Source of the DNA: Lophium mytilinum
Lineage: Eukaryota
Assembly: GCA_010093605.1 (NCBI GenBank)
Contig: MU004184.1
Coordinates: 126,179-190,178 of the forward strand
DNA: 64,000 bases
Reading direction: 5' to 3'
Below the pieces are notes generated by a model, which was not told where the DNA came from, made no database searches, and saw only the letters and a program-made list of their open reading frames with translations. The position numbers and the translations under genes are program-made. Shown here piece by piece: positions 35,810-48,899 of this stretch; the stretch's first letter is position 1, and each line of letters opens with the position of its first letter.

Positions 35810-38800
35810 TGCGGCGATGTTGAGGTTGAGGTTGAGGTTGTGGTGGTTGTAGTGACGAGAGTATAGTAGGAAGCTGTGGCTTTGGAAGATCTAACGTGCG
35901 ATGTGTAGTAGGATGTACGTGATCTATCGTGAGTTGTGTAGGCTGAAGAAGGAAAATTTGAAGCTGAGGTGGTGATGAAATAGGAAGCGAATTTGGAGCT
36001 TAGTCAGGTATCATTGCAGGGTGAAGTGAGAATTACAAGGGAAGACGGACTGTTTTGATACAGTGATCGTATCGTCTGAAGTGGATTAAGGGGTCAAGTT
36101 TGGTTGAGTAGTGATGTCACGTTCTCCACACGCTAAATTTGAGGTTTGGGTGAAGGATACGGCTGAGAAGTGCGAATTGCGCTGGGGCTGAGATCACGTA
36201 CACTACGCAGCCGTTTTGATTGTGCCAATGGAGCTTTGAAGCACTTCTTGAGGTTGTATGAGGATGAGGAAGACGATGTAGCCTTCCAAATGCGCGAGAT
36301 TGGACATTTGGATCGGGAATGCCCTCAAGATATATGAATAGCGACCATGTAAAGATCACGTACACGAGGGGTCAATTTTGACAGCGCAGATATAGCTCTG
36401 AAGCACCTTCCAGGGGTGGAGATTCTTGACGTAGCAATGTAAGCTCGCCGGCGCTGCATATCGAACATGGTTCCGAGTAGATGCGAATGCTACCGCAAAG
36501 CGCTTGACTGAGGGGACTGAGTGCAAATCGAGTACGTCAGCGTAAGGTTGTGTATATGTGATCATACCGTCTGAGGTCCTTCAATGGGAAGTTGACGGTT
36601 GAGACAGAGTGCAACTGTTTCGCGACCAATATCCATCGCCCTCCAAAATTTACGCGCATTCTACCACATGACGCACCTTTGTAGCTGATGAGCCTGACGT
36701 CACAAGCTATCCCCCACGGTGTTGGCGTTGCATTAACATTGTTGAAGACCTTCCATATGCTCTACCAGGTCTCCAAGGCTGTGGCGTATCTAATGAGGGT
36801 GGGGAGGAGTGAAATTTGGAGGGGTGGGATGGGGCGTACTTGACCGTGATCACGACTACGCAGAGGCAAGATGCCTCAACCTCACCTCATGCCTTCATAG
36901 CAAACGAAGCAGCATTCAGGCACAGAAATATAGGGGTTTGCCATTCGAAATGCTAGGAAATTTACTGTGAATCTAGCCTCACTGCGGGTCTCGCTGGCCG
37001 GTCGGACTCGCCATCTCATCTTCCATCAGCTTACCGTTGAACACGCAAGCTTGCGCAGACTTCAGGCCTGCCCGTTTGACCCTTAGATTTGACGGAATGT
37101 ACTATGCTGATAGACTTACATCAAATGCTCATTTGCTGCGTTCTTGTGCCTGATCGCCCCGCTCGTGAGGTAAACTTACGATACACGAAGCGGTGACACG
37201 CTGAAACTTTCAGAGCTGATGTATCCTCTTTTTAGCTCCTTTCTCGCCCAATCCAGTGATCCCTCCATCCTTTGTCCCCGCGATGCTTTCTCGATTGCGG
37301 TCTCGCGCGGTATGCCCCTGATGGTTCTCGTAAGCAGATCTCCATGCAATGCCAAACGCACTGGTACATTTTATTCTTTGTCCGACAAGGAAACATCATG
37401 GGGGCCTACGGTTCCCCAATCCCACGGGTTCTGCTTTCGCGCGCGTTGGCCGGACGTGGGTTTTGGAGCGCTGGTGCGGGCGGAGGATATGGAGGAGTCT
37501 GTATAGCCAAAGCGGCGCAGGAAATCGCGCGTCTGTAGTATGTCAAGCATCAATTAGCTATGCCATGGCCGTCGTGATATATGCAGGGCTTTATTTGGTG
37601 TGTTCTCACCCTCCTCCGCCGCCTTCCCGGTCGCGCGCTGGCCGGCACTCGATGACGCTCGTTTCCAACCCCCTGAAACTTCGTGCGCTACTAGTATGGC
37701 CCCCAGGGACTCCACTCAGGCCCTGCTGAAGAGCCTCTCCGGTGTTGTGGTGTAGTGAGGCCGCAGAAGGGGTGCTGGACCAGCGCGCTGGCAGGGAGCT
37801 CCTGAGCTCGGCGGAGCTTCGCGATACCCTTCCAAAAGTCCCTATCGACCCAAGAAGCTCGGAGGAGAGAGTTTCGAGGTTGCCGAGAGCGATGAGAGGG
37901 TTCCGGAGGTCGATATGAGAGTCCGCGAGGCTCTTAGGAGGGCGTAGGAGACTGGCGAGGGGAGAGCTGTCGTCGAGAGCTGGCTTGGCGGCGGCCCACT
38001 GAAATTCCTCAACACCAGGCCGCCTTCTCTCCTCGTCTCTCACCAACCCTCCCTCATCACGACCCCTCAACATCGTCCACCGGTGCCTGGAGAACTGCCT
38101 CAGCTCGTCCAGGATACCCTCCGCATGCCCAGCAGCGGTCTTTCGACGGCCCTGAGGCGTGATGTCGCTCGTCAAAGGGGATCTCCGGATCTGCCTCTGA
38201 CTCCCCTCTTTGCCCACCCTACTCACTCAACGCGACTCACCCACAGCAGCAGCAGCTTGAGGGCCGAGAAGTCGACTCCCTCCAGCTCCTCCGACAGATG
38301 GCATCGCGGCTTCGAGCTCGATGGCCTCGTCGCAGGGGCTGGAGGGCCAGCAGGTACGCCAGGCGGGCAGCGACCGACCGCCGATAGCCTGGCAGCGACA
38401 ACCACGACTTGGCTCACCGTGAGCAGCGTTGAGAAGCTCTAGCAGAGCGAGGTAAGCCTCATCCCTAGTAGCTTCTCCACCGTGATAGCTCGTTGCTCGC
38501 TGCACCTCTTCTGACGCAGATCCTCCCCTCTTCCGCCGACCGGGCCTCAGCCAGCCTGCGCTCAAGACCGCTTCGGTCGATCACCTTGCCTCCCGAGCAA
38601 CTCCGCTAGCGATGTCGCATGCTCAGAGGCTTTGTTTCCAGTCGACAGCTGTCGTCGTCGACCCTCAATGCCTTGTCGACGGCCCCATCCCCTTACCCCG
38701 CCCAGCTGCAACAGCCCCAGCCATGAGGGTGGGTACCCAATTCCGACTCTTCAGTCTTTGCGCAAGCTCAGGTGGGATGTCTAACACGCCTCTTGCATCA

Positions 38801-41139
38801 TTCGAGTCCGAAAACTGCATCTCTTAACGTCTCCTCAACACCAAGCTGGCATCGCGACTTGGCATCGGCCGAAGTTTACCCGAAACTTGCCCCTTGCCTA
38901 CGGGCACAGCACAAGATCGCCTCCTAGGGCATCGATACTTCGCACGGAGGATCAGATGAGCATGCGAAACAAGCTGGTGGGCCTTGTTTCCGCTTCATTC
39001 GACTCCACCTCGCTGGCCGACGTCTGAGCAGGCTGCGGCATCCTGACTCCATCGGGTCCATGGGCATTCCCAGCGAGCATGGACAGGTAAAACCGCATCG
39101 TAGGTCGAAGGTAAGGTCTTCTGCATAATCTCAATGGCATCTCACGCCCGAGTCAGCTTCTGGACGCTTGAAGATCATACCTCATCGTCAAGATCACCCA
39201 TCACAGTTAGGAATCGTGTTTCGTTTACGCAAATAGTCCGCGTCGCTTGGACTTTCTCGTCCTTCTGCGCGCATATCTCCTTCATCACGGACTCAAGCGG
39301 TATCTCAATGCCCTCGACGTCTTTTCCCTTCTCTCGCCTCCCATGGTAGGTTCCGTTTGCTCGTCTCTTGGCACCCATGGTGCTTCCAGACCATCTTTGC
39401 TTCAACTCTTGCGTCCATCTCTTTCTCTTCTGTCTTGTGGATTGCCTCCGGGTGTCTATGCCTCTGGGTTGGCATCTCTTTCGATTTTGTCGTGGCCTGC
39501 TCGGGCCGCCGTGTTTCAGCATCTTCAATCGTCATATCTCATCCGTCGATCGCGTTCGCTCTCCACCCATGTTAGATGCCATGTCATTTTCTTGAGGCCT
39601 TTTCTTGCGCTGAAGGCTTTTCCTTTCTACCTGCTCATCTCTTTCTTGGTCCTTATTCTCGTCTCAATGCTTCTCAGTCTTTTGCATATCACGTGACTAA
39701 CTTCATCATACCCCATCATAGGAATCAAGCTAGGTCGACTCAAGGGGAGGTTTGCGCATGATGGGAGCTGATGTCGGCGTAGAAAGAAGCGACTCTGCAT
39801 GAAGGTAAGCTGGAAGTGGGCCCAAGGTAGATATTTCTCTTCTCGGGGTTTGGTCGTTTTCCATACCAGTTCCAGATCAACTCTCCCGCTCGCGATCCGT
39901 CGCTTCCATGGTCTTTGGGGATTTATGCCTTCGTTAGCTAATGCGCCGTCACCTTCCTTTTCATGTCTTGATCCTTCTCAACTTTCGTGACGTCTTCAAC
40001 TTTCTTTTCACGTCGTGAACTTCATTTTCCTTGCACGTCCATCAGCTTTCGGCATGTCTCGGTCGCTGTCTGCTTTCAGATCTTCGGGTCTCGCTTCTCA
40101 TGCTTTCAGAACGTCCCGTCGCATGATTCTTCCGTCTTCATACGTTCATAGCTTTTTCAGCTCTCGCCTTTTAAAGGGTAAACCTTTCATTTCCAATGGC
40201 CCATGCTCTTCGTCCGCTTCCAACATTGGAATCCTAGCTAATTTGATGTGGGGGCATGCACGATCGGAGTTGGCAACCAAAGGTATTTCATGTGGAGTGG
40301 AGTTTGGAAACCTCGAAGGTGGGTCCAGTGAAGGTAGGATACCATCTCGGAGTGAGATCGTTGCTCGTTCCAGCGCTTTACGAATGCCAATGGCGAGTGA
40401 GGCATCTACTTTTCGAAGTCTTTCTGTCAAGCTTTCCTCCTGGTCATTCTTCATGCTTCCGATAGCTCCTTGTCGACTCAGTCATTGGCAGCCCATCAGT
40501 GGTTCCCTTTAGACTACATTTTCTCAGCCTCTTCTTCGTTCCCGTGCTCCTTTCCGCTTGCTATCTTTCATCGCGTCTTCAGCCCATTCCTGATTCGCTA
40601 TTCTTGTCGCCGACACTAGGTAGGCATTCCTTCCGGACACTCTCGGTGCACCGATGTTCTCTCCTGAGGTCATTTTTCGCGCTGGAGGCCTTTCTGCTTG
40701 ACTTCGCGTTTCGTCTTGCTCTCGATCAAATTTCTTTCGGCTCTTCAGTTGCAGCAACGAGTAGATTTCTTTCCCGCACACCTATAGTGCACCGATGATG
40801 CTCGTCTTGACGTCTTTTCGTGCCTTGATGGCAATTCTGCGTCGTCGGTTTCGTTCTTCGTCTCTGTATCACGATCAGCAGCCAAGCCTTCCCTACCGGA
40901 CACCAATGGTGCACCGACGACTCGTCATTTTCTAGGCCTCGCTCTCTTCGGTCATCCGAGGTAGTGGTCGAGGGATATGTCGGGTGGGTCTCCAAGGTAA
41001 GAAAGCACGGTAAGGTCTCCTCCACTTTCATCCCATCCTCATCGAACGTCAACGGTGCTCCGACACTTCGAACTCCGCTAGACTCTATCCTTGCTCTTTT
41101 CGCATTGCTCGACCAAAATTCTTGTCGTACTTTTCCAGC

Positions 41140-41990
41140 CGAAACCAAGTCATTCTGTCGGCATCCGTCACCTATGGTGCGAGTGTAAGCCCGAGTTGCT
41201 CTGTTGGACACAACTCCACGCTATCTCATGCTTACCGTTCTCGCTCACCCTTCAGTACAGCTTCACTCTTCGATGATGGTGTCTCCCTGTAATTCCTGCT
41301 CGGTCAATGTCACTTCTCCCAGCTTCTGGTCGTCCATGGCGCCAGTGCAAGTCCGGCTTCGTCTTTCTTTTCCTCCCACTTACCTTCAGCGCTTTCCACC
41401 AGCATGGCTCCGTTCTTCTGCCCATGGCGTGTCCGCTTGTTGCTTCTGCTTCCTCGAGTCCTACCGGCATCCGCTACCCGTGGCACGAGTGTAAGCCCGA
41501 GTTGCTTTGCTTTGAATTGCATCTTACTTACCGTCCTCGCTCATCTCTCGGCACAGCTTCTCTTATCTGCGCACGGCGCATTGGTAGGTCATTTCTCTTT
41601 TATCTGAGTCGATTCTGCCGGCACCTCGTCGCCTTTGGCGCAAGTTGTAAGTCCGCATGCTCTTGCTTTGAAGTCTCTCATGTCTACCGAGCATACTCAT
41701 CGCTCAGAACCGGTTTGTGTTTCCATTCAAGTATCATTGGAAATGTCTCCAGTTTCATCGAGGTCGTTTTTGCCGGCTTCTCGTACCACGGTTGCGAGTG
41801 TAAGTCCTGAATGTTCTCGTCTCTCGAAATGGATTTGTGTTTCCGTCCAGGGCATTTTCTGGCGTGTTTCGGAATCCCCCCTAGTGTCGGCCATGTCGTT
41901 TTTGCCGGCATCTCGTACCACGGTTGCGAGTGTAAGTCCGGGTTGCTCTTGTCTTGTAGTCTCACGCTTACCGTCTGCGCTCACCCCTCA
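41140..41990. repeat. Degenerate 130-155-bp repeats with a CGAGTGTAAG(C/T)CC core
   Basis: Cores at ~41180, 41486, 41640, 41795 and 41927. GTCGTTTTTGCCGGC.TCTCGTACCACGGTTGCGAGTGTAAGTCC occurs twice. Confidence 0.8.
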
Positions 41991-43149
41991 GCTTGGTCTC
42001 TTCATCCGCCCATAGCGGCTTGCGTGTCTTTCCGGTTGCTTTATCTCAGGATCCAATTCTTGAGCTCCACCGCTTCTCGGACGTCGCTGGCGTTGACCCA
42101 CGCGCTTACACACATTTTGCACTAAACTTTCAGCTCGGCGTGACCTACATACCGGAGTGCTCGCATGCCGTTCTCGGCTGGTCAATTTTGTCTCTTTGCG
42201 ATGTTTCTTGAGGTTTCTCCCAGGAGAAGTCCAGACCTTTGTGCGGGCGCTTCTGCGGTCGCGCGATGCGCCGACCCTGGGGAGAATCCCAAGGTGTCTT
42301 GAGGGCTGGTTAGGTGTTGCCCGCGAAAGGTGTTCCGAGTCGCCGGCTGGTGGCATCCCCACGAGTCTACGAGGTTTGTCGATACGTGAGTCGTGAAATA
42401 CCTTTTTTTCCCTTTCAAGTCATTCCTCCAATTGTCGTGTTACCTGCGTGGTTTTGCTGTTCTTGTCAGCGTGCAACATCGTCTGTTCCTCATCGGTAGG
42501 CTCTGGGGTCTCTTTACTTTTCAGCATGCGCTTCCTTGTCATCCCGCAGTCTTTACATGTCTCTCGGACCGATGTGTCTACGAAAGGTAGGTCAGTTCCG
42601 CTCGTGGCTCCAGTTCTCGGGCTTGACTATACTCCCGGTGTCGATTTCAATCCTTTGCGGCTTCGCAACGAGGCTTCCCGGTGGTAACGGCGCTTCGATT
42701 TCTTTACACGTCTCACGCATCTTGGCCTTCTCTTCCTCAGGCTTTGAGTTTCAACCTTGGCAGCTCAGCTTGCTAATGGCATCCTTCCACATATCTCGTT
42801 AGCAGCTCGCTCTTTCTCCCTCATTCAGTGTCATAACGTTCTTACCTCTCATCTTTCATTTCTTTCCTCATGATCCGTAGGCCTCGTCACCGTCTCCGCT
42901 GCTTTCGTCTCTTCTTCTTTCCATATCCAGCAGGCAGGCTTTCCCCGAGCAGTTTGTTCTTGGGCACTGCCAACCGTTCTCCGCGCATCTTGATACTCAT
43001 TTCTCTCTGCAGCGGTAAGCGTTTTTCATACGTTTCTGGGGCATCGTCCCATGCTTTCTTGTCGCTCACGCCTCTGTTTTGATCTCTTTCGTTCTGCAGG
43101 TAGGCGATGTCGTATCCGCGTCTTCAATTCTTCCATCCTCAGAGTCATG

Positions 43150-43860
43150 CCAGGTAAGCTTTCCTGAAGTGCGTCTTTCTCGGGCACAGCCTAAACTCTC
43201 ACGCTATTTCTCTCATGTCAACTTTGCGTCTTTCTGGAACGGTAAGCTCTTCTCATACCCCTCCTGGGGGTTCTCACGTGCCCTTCCTTCCGCTGTTCTT
43301 GCCTTCGCTTCGTCTCTTCCGCCCCCCGGGTGTGTGATCGACGTCTTTCTTGGCGTCATCGATCTTTCTGTATTCAAACTCGCACCAGGTAAGCGTGTGT
43401 GGAGTCTTCTTTCTCGGGCATGGATCAATCCTCTCAAGCTATCTCTCTTACGTCAGCTTTGCGTCTTGTTCCGGAACGGTAGGGTCATCTCATACGTCTC
43501 CTGGGTGGGTTCCCACGTCCTTCCTTCCGCTGTTCTGGCCTCCGCTTCGTCTCTTTCGTTTTCCAGATATGTGATTTCCCGCCCTCTTTCTTGGCGTCTT
43601 CGATCTTTCCGTCCTCAACCTCATACCAGGTAAGCTTCTCCAGAGTACTCTCTTCTCGGGCATCGGCCATTCCTCAGCTATCTCTCATGTCAACCTCACG
43701 TCTTCGGCTCAAATCGTAAACTCATCTCATACGTCTTCCAGGCCTTGTCCCATGTCCTTTGCGCTCCTCTTTCCTCCGATTTCGATCTCACTCTTCTGCG
43801 GGTGGGTGATGCTTCTTCGTTCAATCTTTTCTTTTTCGATCATAGCAGGTAGGTCTTTCT
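43150..43860. repeat. ~237-bp tandem repeat, about 3 copies
   Basis: CCAGGTAAGC..TCTCGGGCA..GCTATCTCTC..GGAACGGTA..CTTCCTTCCGCTGTTCT units start at 43150, 43385 and 43626. Confidence 0.8.
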
Positions 43861-46800
43861 TGAGCAAGTCCTCCCGATACATCTCACTGTCGACCATGTC
43901 GGATCTTCCTGTCGAACGGTAAGCGTACCTGATGTCTGTTAGCCGTCGTTTCATGCTTTTTTGTTACTGTCACCTTCATTCCGTGAGTTCCAGTAGGTAG
44001 GCTTTCCTTCAGCAGCGTTAGCTCCGGCATCGGCATTTCCTCAAAGTCTCGTTCTCGTCAACATCGCATCGTACTTTACGAAGGTAGGTGCCTCTCATCT
44101 TTCTTTCGTGCATCGTCCCATGTGGTGATCGTCGTTCCATGATCTCTCCTTGCCGGTCGGTGTCTCTTCTTCTTTACGTCGGAACCCAATTTTCTTCTGC
44201 GCAGGGCATCGCAGGTAAACCGTCTCCGGTAAGTCTTTTCTTGGTCTTCGGGCCTCAGTGCCCTCACTTTATCATCTCGGTTTCCAATGGAGATTTCGCA
44301 TCGCCGGTCATTGCAGTTCAGACCTGATCTCTTCTCTCGCGGTCTCAATTCTTTTCTCAGTACAAGAGGGTATGGTAGGGATTCCATCAAACCTCCAGGG
44401 CTCCGAGCCTACGTTGTGGTGAGTCTTTTCATACTCAACTTCGATGCAAAGGTCTAGATGTCTCGCCGTCTCGCATGCTTCTTCGTCTCTTTCCTAGCCT
44501 CACATTGCATTCATTCCCAGGAAACGCGTCCGTTTTTCCGACAACCCAGGTAAGCAAGGTAGGTATTTCCATTCCTCATCCTGTTCTTTGGATTTGTCCT
44601 CCATGTTTCTTTGTTCTTCTCTGATGTCCCTGTCAAGCGCAATTTGTGAGGCGCTCCGTTATCCCCTCGCCTCGAGGCATCAAATGCATGTTTCTCCATG
44701 CCGTCCCGTCTTTCAATCACTCCGAAAAGTCGTCACATTTGTCTCTTTCACGTCATACTTGTGATATGGTGCATACCACCACCCTCCCCAAGGTATCGCT
44801 GGTCATGTTGGTGTTGCTAGGTAAGGAGATAGGGTCGTTTGACCTCGTGGTCTCGAAGGAGGGATGTAGGAGGTCGGAGGTAGGAAGTAGATAGGCTGGT
44901 ACGATCTCGTTGTGTCGCGGGAGGGAGGTGGGACATAACGTAGGCGGGAGGTAAATCTTCGCTCAATCGCAGGGTGTCGTTTGGGGAAGAGTGGTACGCG
45001 GTCTCGCTCGTGGGTTAAGATTGTGGAGGGTTTCGCATCGTGCAGAGAATGCCTGGATACTAGGTAAGACCCCATCATGTCAGTCTATGCTCCAAGCTAC
45101 TGATGGCATCGAACCTCAGGTCTAACCTTGTCAGATCTAGTCTTCGAAATTCCTGGTTTGGAGTCGCATATGGTACTAGGCCTTGGATCAAGTGGCTTGT
45201 CTCCTTTCCATGTCCGTTGCTAAAGAGGCTATGTCTCCGCCGATCTTCTTTTGGGCTTCATTGGTGTCCTATCTCAAGCTGTCTGCAGCTGAAGGGGTGG
45301 GATGCCAAAATCATGTCGCGAGAGCGCAGGACGGTCTCTGGAGGCCTCTTCGGTACCGGGAGCAGCGATTAGACGTGGGCAACGCTCTCTCGGCTCTTAT
45401 CTATGTGCGTGTGGTTACTCTTTCGAATTTACTTGATCAACTTTGGGCTCTGGGCTGGTTGTCGTGGAGCTGTGGTCTTGCAGGACGCCGTCAAAGCTAG
45501 TAGGAGGGTCAGTCATTGAGGAAGAGTGAAATAGGGATGTTGTTGCCCATAACCTGGCATATATCGAGGTAGGCGTTCTTCTGATATCCCTAGAGCTCCG
45601 TAATACTGACCAATCTTCAGATATGGGGCGGGCCTTGCCGTAATTCAAACTTCCGTGATGGAATGGGGTGTGTCTGGACTCGAAGGCTTAGAGAGGGAGG
45701 GAAGCAGGTCGATAGAGGTTAGTGGACTACTGTGCTCCAAACATTGTGTTATTGAATCAGTTAGATGTTATGGCACGTCGATGGTAGCAAGTCTGGCAAG
45801 GAGAGTTAGCTGTTGGTCTGAAATGATGGAAATCAGTCTAAACATACAGATTGGAGCGGTACCATGCTGATTTCCTAGACCACCAAAGCGGCATGGGTGT
45901 ATGCAGCTTCGGCTCTGCCTATCCTCTGTGTCCGGGAGTCAAGGCGGAGGCCCCCTTTCCGGCTGTTTTGGAAAGATTCACCAAGGTTGCCTCCACGAGC
46001 CATCCAGAGTCTCCAAGTGGACACCGGCAGTGTTTGTGCTTCCCTATCTACCTCCATAGATTACTGTATTTCATAGAAACGCGCCTCTGACTCGATGGTC
46101 TCCGCGGAGGAGTCCGAGACTGGTTTGACGGTCTGGGATAGGGGGCTTCGGCGTCGCAGGCTTTCTCTTCATTGCTGTAGTGTTTGAATCTGTGGTGCCA
46201 AGGAGATATCTGCCGTAAACTGTAAGTTTCATGTTGTCAACATGGGATCCAAAGGAAAGTTGAAAGAGAGACCTACTGTAGGTGGTGTTGACCGAAGAAG
46301 TCAAACCACTCCCGTTTTCTTTTTTGCTCTCCCTTCTCATGACGCCCATGCCCACTGCCCATACTCTCCACAAGTCGACGTCAGCGGGTCCCTCTGCCTC
46401 TTTCCAACGCTCTGTGCTGTCTGCCTCATCTCGACATGGAGGTAGTAGTGTTCTCGGTTTGTATCTGATCTGCACGTTGGCCCCGTAACGGCCCCCTGAG
46501 CGTGGATTTGCTGTCTTGTCTGACCGTCTCGTCCATGTTTCTGCACACTGTCCACTGCCACCTCCTCGCCTCCCCCAGTATCGTCAGTTCGTAGGTTTTT
46601 CTCGGGGCGGAGGTCCGCTACGGACCGTTCACTCTCTGGGAGCCAAAAGACAATTCACTGCGGCCTGCCATACCCATCGGCTTTGCCGATCGCAAAAGGT
46701 GTTCCCCTTGTGCCCTCCCCTCTGTTGTCTTCTCTCGTGGTCTTTGAAGCTGTCGTGTTGCTCTCGTCCCCGCCCCGACCCTCCAGTCTCGCCGCCCATC

Positions 46801-48899
46801 TCCGCCATCCACGCTCTCGTCTCGGGGCTCCGGCAACGACATGGCGATGAGGTTGGCAGCCCGATACCGCTATGGAAACGCATGAGGTGGGTTGGAGTAT
46901 CGTGTAGAGGAGCAGGACGTGTGGCGGAGGAGAGGTTGCGGGGGGTATGACGAAGGTTGAGACGGGAATCCCTCACCGCCAGTCTTGGAGATTCTAATCA
47001 TCATGTTTCTTCGTCTCGGCGGGCTTCAGCTTGATAGCGTGGCCTCTCTTGTTGCTCTGCTGGTATGCCTTGGGTGTGCAGGATGCCGTGCTTGGTGGGG
47101 CAGGTTGTAGAGATGGCGCGGGAGCCTTGGGTCACTTCTCGAATGGCTTTCTTCGCTGAGGTTGCTCAGGGGCGTCGGGGCGATGGCGGAGAGGATTAGG
47201 GTTCTCGTTGGTAGGTAGATGAGAGGCTTGTCGCTCGCTGGATGAAGACGGGCTGCCGTGGCGGCTGGGTGCTGGGCTACGGGGAGGGGTCTGGAGAGGA
47301 GGAGCGGGCATCGTGGGGCGGCCTTTGGTGTTGAGGGGCAGCGGTATCGTGAGCTGCATCGTGGCGAGGGCTTCACGCAAGGGCAATGAGGGTGTTCACA
47401 ATGCATGCAGACATTATAGATACAGTACTTCTTTGGCTATCTGGAGTACTGCCTGAGGGAAGAAAGGGATAGGCAATTTGGGTCCGGAGTGTGTTAGACA
47501 GCCAGCTTCCAAGGCCCTCGCCAAAGGACCTGAAGCCCATGGGTTCAAGGATATTACCGTGGAGGAGGCCATCTCCAGGTTATGTTTTCACCCTTCTTGT
47601 TCTTCACATGCAGCCGCTCGATGTTGTGGGCTGCCCTTGTCCCTCCGTTGTCATATGAGGCTCGCCGCTGGCCCTCTCCGTCCACATCAGAGAGGCTCAG
47701 AGGCGCCCGGCGCTGTCCCCTGGAGCCACCAGGAAGTATACGATGTCGTCCGTTAAGAAAGATGATACGGTATCGTAATGCGGAGGTGTGCGGAGTTCGT
47801 GAAGGTAGGGAGGCCATCCTGAAAGCTGGAGTCAGTGGGGTCAATGGAGTCAATCTTTTAACGGCTCGAGGTCCTGTAGCACCAGCTCGTGTCTTATGGT
47901 GTACCCTCGATCTCCGAGAGTCTTCGCCCTCTCCGAGAGTGTCTCCGCTGTCTTCTCCCGGTCCGAGGGCTCACAGAACGCGGTGGCGGCGTCTCGCTCC
48001 TCGATCTCCTCTCCCGCTCGCTGGAGGCAGCCTTAAGACGGACAATGGGTAGGCGGGCTTCGGCGGCCTCGATTGTACCTTGTTCATGCGTAATGCTTCG
48101 TGGGAGGGCCTGGCAGGAGTGGGTGATAGTGGTTGGAGGCTGCGCGGTCGGGTTGAAGTTGGAGAAGAGCTGCGGGCATCCTTTAGTGTTCAGGGGCGGG
48201 CAGCATCGCCAACGACCGCAGTGCGACATCCCCGCGCTTCAATTCTCAGCCTCAGCTAGATGGTATGATGCAGCTGAGGCTATATATTTCTGTATTTGGC
48301 ATTTTGAGGCCTGAGAGACGAGCAAAGGGGCGAGGGCATGCTAATGCGGTGGGGTCGCCCTGGTGGTCGTGCGACCTTTGCCTCCTGCGCTGAGGATGTC
48401 GGGCTCCTCAAGATTCCGATCCCAGCCACGTGTGAAGCCCGGGGGAGATCATGATGGTGTTGCTTTGAAGTGACGATGGGAACAAATTTTGAAGACGCAC
48501 ATGGCGAGACAAATTCAACCCTCCAGCAGCGAGGCATTTCTCCGCGTCTGACCTGCTTGAGATGAGCATGTAGGGCATTGGATAGGGACCGCGACTCTTC
48601 ATAGACAGACTGCTACTCGAGTCACAATGTAAAACAAATTTCGAAGCTGGACAGTGTCCTTGGTGTCGCGATGCTCTGCTGTTACTTCGTGATCTTGCTT
48701 CCGGCGTTAGCAACTCTCGTCTTTTGATTCTTTCGTGGGTATGACATGGCCATACGACTCCCATTCGCATCGTTTTCCAACTCGCAATCATCACCAAGGC
48801 TTCCAACGGACAAGATCATCTCACTTAGACTTCAGTCGAAGATCAGTCATATCACAGCAGATCACGATTGCAAGGAAGATTGGAGTTTTTAGAGTTTTT

